The notes: a model not told the origin generated them from the sequence alone. Positions 9,477 through 19,436 are shown, numbered from the stretch's first letter. The stretch is 64,000 nt of DNA from an uncultured Acidimicrobiia bacterium (GCA_964195315.1 CAXMOZ010000089.1:17086-81085); one strand, 5' to 3'. A program made the numbers and translations.

Positions 9477-10016
9477 ATGGCTCGGGGTATCAGGGTAGTT
9501 GGACCGTTAGATGAATCAGAGTTGGCGTCAGCCGGCTCCGGAGTGGATGGTAAATTTTTTAGCGAAGACAAGTTAAATCGAGAAATAGTTAGCATGCTGC
9601 AAAGTGATGGGCGTATGGCTTTTTCAGAGATTGCGAAAAGCCTGTCAGTCTCTGAAGGCACGATTCGTAACCGTGTGAATAGTATGAAACAGGCCGGCAT
9701 GTTACGCATTGTCGCAATTGCTGACCCAGTCGCCGCTGAATACAAAAGCGATGCGATGCTTGGGATTAAGGTAGCCGCTGGACATACCGTCCAAGCCCTA
9801 TCAGAGAGGCTCGCTGCTTCTGCTGATGTGGTTTACATACTTTGGGTGAGCGGGCGTTATGACTTATTAGTTGAAGTGGTGAGCAATGATCGTGATGGAT
9901 TTCTCACCTTTCTCGATGAAGAAATTCATCAGCAGTTAGATATTGTATCCAGCGAAACCATGTCTGGACTTAAAAATTTCAAAAATCAGTTTCTGCTAAA
10001 ACAAAATTGGAGCTGA
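9477..10016 (+). CDS. Lrp/AsnC family transcriptional regulator
   Basis: LQSDGRMAFSEIAKSLSVSEGTIRNRV HTH, SGRYDLLVEV RAM domain; start moved to ATG 9477 after GAGGA RBS. Confidence 0.92.
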   Translation: MARGIRVVGPLDESELASAGSGVDGKFFSEDKLNREIVSMLQSDGRMAFSEIAKSLSVSEGTIRNRVNSMKQAGMLRIVAIADPVAAEYKSDAMLGIKVAAGHTVQALSERLAASADVVYILWVSGRYDLLVEVVSNDRDGFLTFLDEEIHQQLDIVSSETMSGLKNFKNQFLLKQNWS

Positions 10017-10084
10017 AAATTGCACTGTTAGTAGCGATCAAAAGTTAGTTTTTACCTTATAGAATCAAGATCTAGGAGAATGAT

Positions 10085-11500
10085 ATGACCGTTTATGTCG
10101 AAACCTTTGCCGAAGCCATACCCTCGAAAGAGCGTATTGCCGAAGTTCGAAAGGAGCTAGAAGATGCGGGTGTTGAATATGTACTTTCGAGCTGGATAGA
10201 TTTATTTGGTATCCCAAAAACTAAGCCAGTACCGATGAGTGATTTCGAGCAATTGTGTCTGGGAAAAGGGCCTCAATTTGCAGTTCACTCTATTTCATTT
10301 GTGCCTGAGTTATCGCCTGCCGATTCAGATCAGGTGATGGTGCCTGATTTAGATGCGGTTTATATCTGTCCCTGGGACAAATCAATGGCGATTATTTTCG
10401 CGGACTTGTTCTGGGAAGACAAACCCTACAATGTTTGTCCGCGCCAGTCACTAAAGCGTCAAATTCGCGATGCTAAAGACGCTGGTTATGTCGGTTATGC
10501 CGGGATCGAGCCAGAATTCATTGCGATGCGTTTTAACGATGAAGGGCAGCCAGTCAAAGCCTTCGATAGTGACCCTGAAAAAGGCTTACGCTCACGCCGA
10601 CAGGCCTTTGGTTACGATGTCGAGCAATCTATCGACTCGATGCCCTTCCTCAAGGACCTGATTGATATTCTAGAAGATATGGGTTGGAACATGCATGACG
10701 TAGTCGCCGAAGGCGCCTACTCACAGTTTGAACTAGATTTTCACTATACCGATTTATTAGAAATGGCCGATCGATATACCTTCCTGCGTATCCTATTAAA
10801 GGAAGTTGCCAAGGAACACGGCATGTTTATTACTTTTATGCCTAAGCCAACCAGTGGTGATTGGCGTTCAGGCGCTCATATCAACTTGTCTTTACAAAAG
10901 GCTGATGCGCCTGGCGTAAATATATTTGGCAATGATGAAGATGGTTGGAGTGACGAGTCTCTTTGGGCCGTTGGTGGTTTAATTAAACACTCAGAAGCCA
11001 TTACAGCTATTGCCTGCCCAATTGTTAACTCTTACAACGGGCTTGTACCGCGAGTGGGTGGTTTCGAAGGTGGTACGGTTACCTGGGCCCCGACTAACAT
11101 TACCTATGGCTACAACAATCGTGCAGCACAGTTCCGTTTGCCACAAAGCCGTTACTGTATTGAAAACCGCGCTGCTGATATGTGCATGAATATCTATCTA
11201 GGACTTGGCATGTCAATTGGTGGTGCTGTTAAAGGTATCCAGAACAAGATGGAACCAGGCGAGCCTTGTAATCTTAATCTTTATGAGATGACGGATGAAC
11301 AGTTCGAAGCAGCCGGAATTCGCAGGTTGCCACGTAATTTGATGATTGCACTGGAAGCATTGCGTAACGATGAATTGGCTGTTCAAGTGATGGGGCCAGT
11401 GATGCTTAAGTCATACTTGGCTTACAAGGATGACGAGTGGGAGCGCTACCACCAAACAGTGACCGACTGGGAAGTAGAAGAATACCTACGACTCTTCTAA
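10085..11500 (+). CDS. Glutamine-synthetase-fold amide ligase (GlnT/gamma-glutamylamide synthetase-like), divergent active site
   Basis: GIEPEF, EGAYSQFE, FMPKP, TWAP, NNR..FRLP, CIENR metal/ATP motifs retained; substrate-binding motifs altered. Confidence 0.88.
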   Translation: MTVYVETFAEAIPSKERIAEVRKELEDAGVEYVLSSWIDLFGIPKTKPVPMSDFEQLCLGKGPQFAVHSISFVPELSPADSDQVMVPDLDAVYICPWDKSMAIIFADLFWEDKPYNVCPRQSLKRQIRDAKDAGYVGYAGIEPEFIAMRFNDEGQPVKAFDSDPEKGLRSRRQAFGYDVEQSIDSMPFLKDLIDILEDMGWNMHDVVAEGAYSQFELDFHYTDLLEMADRYTFLRILLKEVAKEHGMFITFMPKPTSGDWRSGAHINLSLQKADAPGVNIFGNDEDGWSDESLWAVGGLIKHSEAITAIACPIVNSYNGLVPRVGGFEGGTVTWAPTNITYGYNNRAAQFRLPQSRYCIENRAADMCMNIYLGLGMSIGGAVKGIQNKMEPGEPCNLNLYEMTDEQFEAAGIRRLPRNLMIALEALRNDELAVQVMGPVMLKSYLAYKDDEWERYHQTVTDWEVEEYLRLF

Positions 11501-11555
11501 TCTGTAGAGGGTGAAAGTTTTGATCTCACCCTCGCTCAAACCAGTTTAAAGCCAA

Positions 11556-12587
11556 ATGACAAGTGCTCCAAAAAATGCACAGAAATGTGCCCAAACATAT
11601 GAAATACCCGATTTCGAACTTCAGTCGGGTGTTGTGTTGCCATGTGCCTGTCTGGTTTATAAAACCTATGGCGAGCTGAATGCAGCGAAAGATAATGTTG
11701 TGGTATTGCCCACTTTTTATACGGGCAGTCACCAACGCAACGAAGGGTTTTTTGGTGCAAAGCGCGCTATAAATACAGCTTTGCATTTTATTATTTCAGT
11801 GAACTTGTTTGGTAACGGAATTTCTTCGTCACCGAGCAATACTCCACCACCCTTTAATGCAGGTAACTTTCCAGCGATTACTTTGTTCGACAATGTCCGA
11901 GCGCAGCACAAACTACTCACCGAGGTGCTTGGTGTGACTGAAATTGCGTTGGTAACAGGCTGGTCGATGGCCGGTTGCCAGGCTTTTCAATGGGCTGCTC
12001 AATACCCCAATATGGTAAGAGCTATCCTACCTTTTTGCGCTTCGTCGAAGACATCTGAACATAACATTGTCTTCCTTGAAGGCATCAAATCGGCACTTCA
12101 GGCAGATGCAGTTTATGACGAAGGCAATTATCAGACACCACCCGTTAGAGGGTTAAAAGCGTTTGGCAGAAATTATGCTGGCTGGGCATTTTCGCAGACT
12201 TATTATCGTAAGAAAATGTACCGGTTGCAAGGTTTTGACAGCTTTGAAGCCTTATTGCAAGACTGGGAACAAGATCATCTTGATTGGGATGCAAATGACT
12301 TATTGTGCAAATTAAAGACCTGGCAGCAAGCTGATATAAGTCAGCAACCTGCCTACGATGGTGACTTTGTGAAAGCGTTAAATGCCATTAAAGCGAAAAC
12401 GATCATTATCGGCTGTGATGATGATATGTACTTTCGAGTTGAAGATAATCAAATTGAGGCGGCACAAATTAACAATGCTGAACTTCGTGTCTATTCATCA
12501 CCCTGGGGGCATTGTGTTGCATCACCTGGCAATGACCCTAAATTTGAAAAATTTCTGGATCAATCCATTTCAGAATTATTACCTTGA
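11556..12587 (+). CDS. MetX (homoserine acetyltransferase)-fold alpha/beta hydrolase or acyltransferase
   Basis: LVYKTYGELN, nucleophile GWSMAG, Asp in DDMYF, His in WGH; lacks the MetX HALTG-type motif. Confidence 0.85.
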   Translation: MTSAPKNAQKCAQTYEIPDFELQSGVVLPCACLVYKTYGELNAAKDNVVVLPTFYTGSHQRNEGFFGAKRAINTALHFIISVNLFGNGISSSPSNTPPPFNAGNFPAITLFDNVRAQHKLLTEVLGVTEIALVTGWSMAGCQAFQWAAQYPNMVRAILPFCASSKTSEHNIVFLEGIKSALQADAVYDEGNYQTPPVRGLKAFGRNYAGWAFSQTYYRKKMYRLQGFDSFEALLQDWEQDHLDWDANDLLCKLKTWQQADISQQPAYDGDFVKALNAIKAKTIIIGCDDDMYFRVEDNQIEAAQINNAELRVYSSPWGHCVASPGNDPKFEKFLDQSISELLP

Positions 12588-12621
12588 ATATTAATTCAGT
12601 GAACTTTAACCGGAGAAGAAA

Positions 12622-13026
12622 ATGACAGCACCAAGCGTATATAGAATCGCCGATATTCAGGATCGTATCGATAATCTGCCTGAGAATGGTACTTTCATTA
12701 AGCCATTCGTTACTATTGAAACCAGTACTAGCATGTGCGGTGGTATCAACGCACTGAATAAAATTTCAGTGCCATGGGACTTAACCTGTGATGAGTTAAT
12801 TTATTGCCTTGAGGGTACATTCCGTTTGGTTGTTGAGGACATTGGTTATGAGCTAAACCCAGGTGATATGATGTTTGTACCTAAGGATAATCATGTTGTT
12901 TATGAATGCGATGATAAGTGCGTTATTTTTTATTCGGCTTATCCTGTTGATTGGAAACAGCGTGCCGGTATTACCCATGTGCCTGGCATCGATTCAGATG
13001 AAATGCCTACACCATACAAGGACTAA
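12622..13026 (+). CDS. EutQ-like cupin
   Basis: WDLTCDELIYCLEG, LNPGDMMFVPK, YPVDW. Confidence 0.8.
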   Translation: MTAPSVYRIADIQDRIDNLPENGTFIKPFVTIETSTSMCGGINALNKISVPWDLTCDELIYCLEGTFRLVVEDIGYELNPGDMMFVPKDNHVVYECDDKCVIFYSAYPVDWKQRAGITHVPGIDSDEMPTPYKD

Positions 13027-13079
13027 CCCAGTGCCAGTCCTCTTCGTTTTGGAGAGGGCAATTTAACAGGTTTTTTACC

Positions 13080-13445
13080 ATGTCCATCCCCAAGATAATA
13101 GAAACCTATCTTAAAGGCTGGCAGCTAGGTGATGGAGCATTGAGCCTTACCGCCACTGCTGACAGTTTCTACTATGACGATCCTAATACGGGTAGAATTC
13201 AACGGCATGAGTTGGTTCAATTTGTAAATGATTTTAAAAGCGCTGCGGTAGACATGGGGGCGGAAGAGAATGCCAATCCGTTTTTAATTTATAGTGATGT
13301 TGTGATTGACTATAATATTAGCCCAGTAACTGTTTGGTGTTGGTGGCAGGCCAATGGTACTGATCTGCAAGGGTGCGCCTTAGTTAAAGTTGGAGAAGAG
13401 GGGGTCTTGAACGAGAAGATAGCTTACTTCTCTCAATTATCCTAA
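13080..13445 (+). CDS. SnoaL/NTF2-like protein
   Basis: 121 aa, YLKGWQLGD, FYYDDPNTG and beta-rich C-terminus typical of the NTF2 fold. Confidence 0.6.
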   Translation: MSIPKIIETYLKGWQLGDGALSLTATADSFYYDDPNTGRIQRHELVQFVNDFKSAAVDMGAEENANPFLIYSDVVIDYNISPVTVWCWWQANGTDLQGCALVKVGEEGVLNEKIAYFSQLS

Positions 13446-13510
13446 CTGACCGAGGACAGTAGACTGAAAAGCAGAAGCACGACATCTCTGCCGTGATTCT
13501 GTTTCGTTAT

Positions 13511-14338
13511 TTATGCTGCTTTAACTTCGTGCATGTGAACATCTTGCTGTGGGTACGGAATGCTAATACCTGCTTCATCTAGCTTAACCTTAATGCCCTC
13601 GAGCAACTCAGCACGAACGCCCCAGTAATCAGCTGAATTCACCCAGGGGCGAACATTCAAATTAACACTGCTGTCACCTAATTCTGCAACGGCAACACCC
13701 GGTGCAGGGTCTTTTAAAATAAGCTCGTTCGATTCTATAATCCTCATAATAATGTCTCGAGCTTGACCAATGTTGTCGTCATAGCCGATGCCAATGACAA
13801 GGTCGATACGGCGCGTTGGTAAAGCACTGGTATTAATAATATTGCCCCCCAAAATGGCCGAGTTAGGAATAATGATACGTTGGTTGTCAGCGGTATGCAT
13901 CAGAGTTGCGAACAAACCAATTTCATCAATCACACCTGCCGCGCCGCCAGCGGTAACAAAGTCACCAATTTTGAATGGGCGAAAAATGATGATCATAACG
14001 CCAGACGCAAAGTTAGATAGCGAGTCCTTCAGCGCTAAGCCAACAGCAAGACCGGCGGCAGCTACAATTGCCATCAGTGAGGTAACGTTTACACCGAGAG
14101 AGTCTACGGCGGCAAGTACAACGGCGACTATCAATACACCGTATGAAATGCTACCCATAAAATCCACTAGCATCGAATCGATGCCAGATTTTTGCAGAGC
14201 TTTTTTTAGAAGATTACTAACGATTCTGGCAACTATTTTACCGATAATAAATATCGCAATCGCAATGACGATCTTAATGCCCCAGTCAACCCCGTTATTG
14301 GCGATCCAATTTGTTACGTTGTCCATTTTTAGTTCCAT
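13511..14338 (-). CDS. mscS: Small-conductance mechanosensitive channel
   Basis: AAGLAVGLALKDSLSNFASG, RPFKIGD, IIPNS, PYPQQDVH. Confidence 0.93.
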   Translation of the reverse strand: MELKMDNVTNWIANNGVDWGIKIVIAIAIFIIGKIVARIVSNLLKKALQKSGIDSMLVDFMGSISYGVLIVAVVLAAVDSLGVNVTSLMAIVAAAGLAVGLALKDSLSNFASGVMIIIFRPFKIGDFVTAGGAAGVIDEIGLFATLMHTADNQRIIIPNSAILGGNIINTSALPTRRIDLVIGIGYDDNIGQARDIIMRIIESNELILKDPAPGVAVAELGDSSVNLNVRPWVNSADYWGVRAELLEGIKVKLDEAGISIPYPQQDVHMHEVKAA

Positions 14339-14667
14339 TGTTTATCTGTTTTTAGAATAATAAAGTAACGGGTCATACTTTTTCTAATCAAACTGAGTTT
14401 ATCGATAAAGAATCCCCGCGAGCCCTTGTCCACATCTATTATAGCGAATGCTTAGACCGATGGTAAACATGAAAGTTATACCGATCTTAATCTACCTGAA
14501 TGCGATTATCACGAGTACTATAAATGAAACCTGTTGTGTTACTCAATCAGGTTAATAGCGCTTAGACAATAAGATTTTGGATAAAAGTAAACTTTTAACC
14601 TATTCTGTACGCTTGGTATAAAGTTATATTATTGGTTAACAACAAATTAAAATAATGAGGAAGGGGT

Positions 14668-16209
14668 ATGGATTTACCATTCGTGGGCGACGGTGTTGAT
14701 AAATTTGTTGCTGGATTTGTATCAGTCACAACAACGCTTATTGTGTTATCGATCTGTTTTGGGGCTGTTGCGGTAGTTGTCATTTACATCATTGATATAA
14801 CTCAAACTAAGCAGGCGATCCGGCGTAACTATCCGGTTGTTGGACGATTTCGATACTTTTTTGAACATCTGGGTGAGTTTTTTCGGCAGTATTTCTTTTC
14901 GATGGATAGAGAGGAACTACCGTTTAATCGAGCCCAGCGATCATGGGTGTATCGAGCAGCCAAACAGGTGGACACCACGGTAGCATTTGGATCGACTAAA
15001 GACTTAAGGCCCGCAGGGACAAACATATTTCTGAATTGCCCATTTCCGACGCTGGGTACGGATGGGGTTGATCCAGGTGAGATAGTGATAGGGCCACAGG
15101 CAAGAAAGCCCTACGCCACACGCTCGTTGTACAATATATCGGGTATGAGTTTTGGAGCGCTTTCGGCCCCCGCTGTAACGGCACTGGCACGCGGTGCCAA
15201 GGAAACCAAGTGTTGGATGAATACAGGCGAAGGGGGCGTCTCTCCCTATCACCTCGCTCCAGGTTGCGATCTGATCGTGCAAATTGGCACCGCCAAATAT
15301 GGTGTGCGTGACCTTGAAGGTAATCTGAGTGATGATAAGCTGAAAGCGCTGGCTGAATACGAACAGATTAAAATGTTTGAGATTAAATTGAGTCAAGGTG
15401 CAAAGCCCGGTAAAGGTGGCATTCTGCCTGGCGAAAAAGTATCTGCTGAAATCGCTGAAATCCGAGGCATTGAAATTGGTACCAGCTCTATCAGTCCTAA
15501 TCGTCACCCCGATATTAATTCAGTTGATGACCTTACTGATATGATCAACCATATTCGTGAGGTGACTGGTCGTCCTGTTGGAGTTAAATGTGTTGTAGGT
15601 GCTAGTGGGTGGCTAGATGATTGGTTTGATAGCATCAATAAACGGGGTAAAGAATGCGCGCCTGATTTTATTACGGTCGACGGTGCGGAAGGGGGGACAG
15701 GTGCAGCACCTATGGCATTGATCGACGAAGTCGGGCTTCCGCTGCGCGAGAGCTTGCCACTAGTGGTAGATAAATTGGATATTCATGGTCTGCGTGATCG
15801 GGTCAAAGTGATCGCTTCTGGAAAATTAATCAATCCGTCAAATGTTGCCTGGGCTTTATGCATGGGTGCTGACTTTTGTACTTCAGCTCGAGGCTTTATG
15901 TTTTCACTTGGATGTATACAAGCCTTGCAGTGCAATAAAAATACTTGCCCAACTGGAATAACAACCCACGACATTAAATTGCAGCGTGGCCTTGACCCTA
16001 CCAATAAAGCAGTCCGAGTAGCCAAGTTTCAAGATCAAATTGAATACGAAGTTGGTCTTATCGCGCATGCTTGTGGTGTGACAGAGCCACGCCAATTACG
16101 TCGATTTCATTGCAGAGTGGTACAAGAGAATGGCATTTCGATACCCTTAAATGATATATATCCTGATAGGTCAACTGTCGGTTATTTGAGCCGGCGCGGA
16201 AACGGCTAG
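14668..16209 (+). CDS. FMN-binding glutamate synthase family protein (stand-alone, N-terminal TM)
   Basis: MSFGALS, NTGEGG, EIKLSQGAKPGKGG, DGAEGGTGAAP, GCIQALQCNKNTCPTG (3Fe-4S Cys motif). Confidence 0.92.
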   Translation: MDLPFVGDGVDKFVAGFVSVTTTLIVLSICFGAVAVVVIYIIDITQTKQAIRRNYPVVGRFRYFFEHLGEFFRQYFFSMDREELPFNRAQRSWVYRAAKQVDTTVAFGSTKDLRPAGTNIFLNCPFPTLGTDGVDPGEIVIGPQARKPYATRSLYNISGMSFGALSAPAVTALARGAKETKCWMNTGEGGVSPYHLAPGCDLIVQIGTAKYGVRDLEGNLSDDKLKALAEYEQIKMFEIKLSQGAKPGKGGILPGEKVSAEIAEIRGIEIGTSSISPNRHPDINSVDDLTDMINHIREVTGRPVGVKCVVGASGWLDDWFDSINKRGKECAPDFITVDGAEGGTGAAPMALIDEVGLPLRESLPLVVDKLDIHGLRDRVKVIASGKLINPSNVAWALCMGADFCTSARGFMFSLGCIQALQCNKNTCPTGITTHDIKLQRGLDPTNKAVRVAKFQDQIEYEVGLIAHACGVTEPRQLRRFHCRVVQENGISIPLNDIYPDRSTVGYLSRRGNG

Positions 16210-16296
16210 ATGTTGAGGTTGTCTGAAAACATTAATTAAAAAAAGGTCTGAAAAAACCAACTCAATAAGCGAAAGCTCTAACCCCAAGGAATCCCA

Positions 16297-17931
16297 ATGA
16301 AAGCGAGTGATCTGTTTGTACGTTGTCTAGAAAATGAAGGCGTTGAATATATTTTTGGCATCCCTGGAGAAGAGAATCTCGATGTCATGGATTCGATGAT
16401 TGGTAGCGATATTAAGTTTATAACCACTCGGCATGAACAGGGGGCCGCGTTTATGGCTGATGTTTATGGACGTTTAACCGGCAGAGCGGGTGTATGTCTA
16501 GCAACGCTCGGCCCTGGTGCTACCAATCTGGTCACTGGGTTTGCCGATGCCAATATGGATAGAGCGCCCATTGTTGGAATAGCCGGGCAGGGTGCGACCA
16601 CAAGAATGCATAAAGAAAGTCACCAGGTACTTGATTTGGTGAGTTTGTTTGCACCGATATCTAAATATAGCGTTGAGATTCGGGAACCTGAAATTGTTGG
16701 CGAAATTGTACGTAAAGCGTTTAAAGCCGCAGAAGCCGAAAAACCAGGCGGCAGCTTCATTTCATTTCCTGAAAATGTAGCGGAGATGACAGTCGAAGGT
16801 AAAGAGCCACTCAAGGTACAAAGTGCTAAGCCACCCGTACCACCGCAGGATAAAATTTTACAGGCAGCGGAGTTGATTTCGAATGCCAAATATCCTCTGG
16901 TGATGGCTGGCAACGGTGTCGTAAGAGCGAAAGCCGATTATGCATTAGTCGCCTTTGCCGAAAAACTCAATATACCGGTAGCCACTACCTTTATGGCCAA
17001 GGGCAGTATTCCATTTTCTCACGACCTGTCGCTTGGCACGGTTGGTTTACAGGCACATGATTATGTTGCCTGTGGTTTTGATCGAGCCGACGTCGTGATT
17101 TGTATCGGCTACGATATGATCGAATATCATCCTCATCTTTGGAATCAGGAAAAGAACAACAAGATTATTCACATTGATTTGAATCCGGCCGAAGTGGATG
17201 AACACTATATACTTGAATGTGGTGTTATCGGTGATATCACCGCTGCATTAGAAGGCATTGCAGCATTGGCAACCCCGAAGACAGGTTCACAGGCGCAAAA
17301 CTTACGCGAAACCATTGTCGAAGAACTGAATACCCACGAAGACGACAGCTCATTCCCATTAGTGCCTCAACGCATTGTGCTCGATATCCGAAAAGCCTTA
17401 GCACATGACGATATCGTGGTATCCGATGTGGGTGCTCATAAGATGTGGATGGCGCGTATGTATCAGGCTGAGCGTCCGAATACTTGTATTATCTCAAATG
17501 GTTTTGCATCGATGGGCATCGGTGTGCCAGGTGCGATAGCGGCCAAATTGGTTTATCCAGATAGAACCGCATTAACAGTAACAGGTGATGCCGGATTTCT
17601 AATGAATTCACAAGAGATCGAAACTGCCATGAGAATTGGCACCGCAATTATTATATTGATCTGGAACGATAGCAAATATGGTTTGATAAAATGGCATCAG
17701 GACCGTCGCTTTGGCCGTGACACTCAAATTCAATTTAATAACCCTGACTTTGTGATGTATGCCGAGAGTTTTGGCGCAAAAGGATATCGTGTTGAATCTG
17801 CTGATGACTTATTACCGACCATTAAAAAGGCCATTGCCGACGATACGGTGGTAATCATCGATTGTCCCGTGGATTACTCAGAGAACATGAAACTCACCGA
17901 GAAACTTGGAAATCTAGTTTGCCCTATTTAA
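16297..17931 (+). CDS. ThDP-dependent acetolactate-synthase-like enzyme; candidate 2-oxoglutarate decarboxylase (OgdA-like)
   Basis: FGIPGEEN, RHEQGAAFMAD, DVGAHKMW, SNGFASMG, GDAG..N ThDP motif; resembles, from memory, cyanobacterial OgdA. Confidence 0.85.
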   Translation: MKASDLFVRCLENEGVEYIFGIPGEENLDVMDSMIGSDIKFITTRHEQGAAFMADVYGRLTGRAGVCLATLGPGATNLVTGFADANMDRAPIVGIAGQGATTRMHKESHQVLDLVSLFAPISKYSVEIREPEIVGEIVRKAFKAAEAEKPGGSFISFPENVAEMTVEGKEPLKVQSAKPPVPPQDKILQAAELISNAKYPLVMAGNGVVRAKADYALVAFAEKLNIPVATTFMAKGSIPFSHDLSLGTVGLQAHDYVACGFDRADVVICIGYDMIEYHPHLWNQEKNNKIIHIDLNPAEVDEHYILECGVIGDITAALEGIAALATPKTGSQAQNLRETIVEELNTHEDDSSFPLVPQRIVLDIRKALAHDDIVVSDVGAHKMWMARMYQAERPNTCIISNGFASMGIGVPGAIAAKLVYPDRTALTVTGDAGFLMNSQEIETAMRIGTAIIILIWNDSKYGLIKWHQDRRFGRDTQIQFNNPDFVMYAESFGAKGYRVESADDLLPTIKKAIADDTVVIIDCPVDYSENMKLTEKLGNLVCPI

Positions 17932-17977
17932 GGCCAGAGATTCTTTATTAATAGACAAACAAAAATAGGGAGCAACC

Positions 17978-19414
17978 ATGACTGCTGAATTTCAACTAAT
18001 GGTTCCTGGCGCGACAGCGGATAAAGAACACAGAGTATCATCACCCTGGGATTTATCCGATATCGGCATGGTGCCAACCATCAACTCGACTGGTGCTGAT
18101 ATCGCGATGAAAACTGCACAAGCGGTATTTCGGGATAAATCTCGATGGCTAAAGCCCGAGCAGCGAATCCAGATACTGGAAAGAACAGCACAAATAATGA
18201 GCGAACAGTTCGAAGCCTTAGCCATTCTGGCGGCTAGCGAAGGCGGTAAGCCATTACTCGATTCACGTGTTGAAGTCGCTCGCGCTATTGATGGCGTACG
18301 TAATTCAGTGGAATGCCTGCGCACTGAAAGTGGTCGTGAAATTCCGATGAACTTGAATGCAGCTTCGGCTAATCGACTCGCGTTCACGAGACGAGAACCG
18401 ATAGGTGTGGTGATGTCGGTCAGTGCGTTTAATCACCCACTGAATTTAATTGTCCATCAAGTTGCACCCGCCATCGCTAGTGGTTGTCCGGTTATTATCA
18501 AACCAGCAGAAGATACACCTTTATCCTGTTTTCGCTTTGTACAAATACTACGTGAGGCTGGTTTGCCGGCTTCACATTGTCAGGCGGTGATGACGAGTGA
18601 TCTCGATGTCGCATCACAATTAGTGACAGACCGGCGTGTTGCCTTCTTTTCATTTATCGGCAGTGCCAAGGTCGGCTGGATGTTGCGCTCACAATTAGCC
18701 TCAGGCACTCGTTGTGCTTTAGAACATGGCGGTGCAGCGCCAGTCATTATCGCTCAAGATGCAGATCTTGATGATACGCTACCTTTGATAGCCAAGGGTG
18801 GTTTCTATCATGCCGGTCAAGTTTGCGTGTCAGTTCAGCGAGTTTTTGCGCATCGAAGCATCGCGCGTCAGGTCGCTGAAAAACTAGCTGAGCTTGGTTC
18901 GAAAATGAGCATCGGTGATCCAATACTTGAGTCAAGTTTGATAGGTCCATTAATACGGCCCAGAGAAGTCATGAGAGTTCATAACTGGGTAACGGACGCT
19001 ATTGCCGAAGGTGCCGAGTGCCTGGTCGGTGGCGAATTAAATTCAGACACCAGCTATCAATCGACTGTATTATTTGAGCCTTCGCCTCAAAGCAAAGTCA
19101 GTCAGTTAGAAATCTTTGGTCCTGTGATTTGTGTGTATGCCTATGACGATATCGATGAAGCAATTGCTCGCGCCAATAGTCTCGATGTCGCCTTTCAGGC
19201 ATCGGTATTAACCAGTAGCATCGATACCGCAATGCATTGTTATACTCAGCTTAATGCATCGGCGGTGATGGTCAACGACCACACAGCCTATCGTGTCGAC
19301 TGGATGCCTTTTGCTGGTTTGAAACAATCAGGCCTGGGCGTTGGCGGCATTCCCTATACCTATGAAGACATGCAAATCGAAAAGATGATGTTGTTACGCT
19401 CAAAGGCTTTATAA
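17978..19414 (+). CDS. NAD(P)-dependent aldehyde dehydrogenase
   Basis: AFNHP, IKPAEDTP, FIGS, LEHGG (Glu), GQVCVS (Cys), EIFGP, PFAGLKQSG. Confidence 0.95.
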   Translation: MTAEFQLMVPGATADKEHRVSSPWDLSDIGMVPTINSTGADIAMKTAQAVFRDKSRWLKPEQRIQILERTAQIMSEQFEALAILAASEGGKPLLDSRVEVARAIDGVRNSVECLRTESGREIPMNLNAASANRLAFTRREPIGVVMSVSAFNHPLNLIVHQVAPAIASGCPVIIKPAEDTPLSCFRFVQILREAGLPASHCQAVMTSDLDVASQLVTDRRVAFFSFIGSAKVGWMLRSQLASGTRCALEHGGAAPVIIAQDADLDDTLPLIAKGGFYHAGQVCVSVQRVFAHRSIARQVAEKLAELGSKMSIGDPILESSLIGPLIRPREVMRVHNWVTDAIAEGAECLVGGELNSDTSYQSTVLFEPSPQSKVSQLEIFGPVICVYAYDDIDEAIARANSLDVAFQASVLTSSIDTAMHCYTQLNASAVMVNDHTAYRVDWMPFAGLKQSGLGVGGIPYTYEDMQIEKMMLLRSKAL

Positions 19415-19436
19415 ATTTATTAGTTGGAAATATTCA

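Noticed and set aside
10085-11500. Calling this gene glnA
   Set aside because: Ammonium-site Asp, Glu flap and glutamate-binding Arg are all replaced
13788-14360. 190-aa plus-strand ORF
   Set aside because: Antisense to mscS; composition mirrors its codons
16297-17931. Calling this gene ilvB/ilvI
   Set aside because: No regulatory small subunit or ilv genes nearby; sequence and ALDH linkage fit the OgdA/AlsS-like group better
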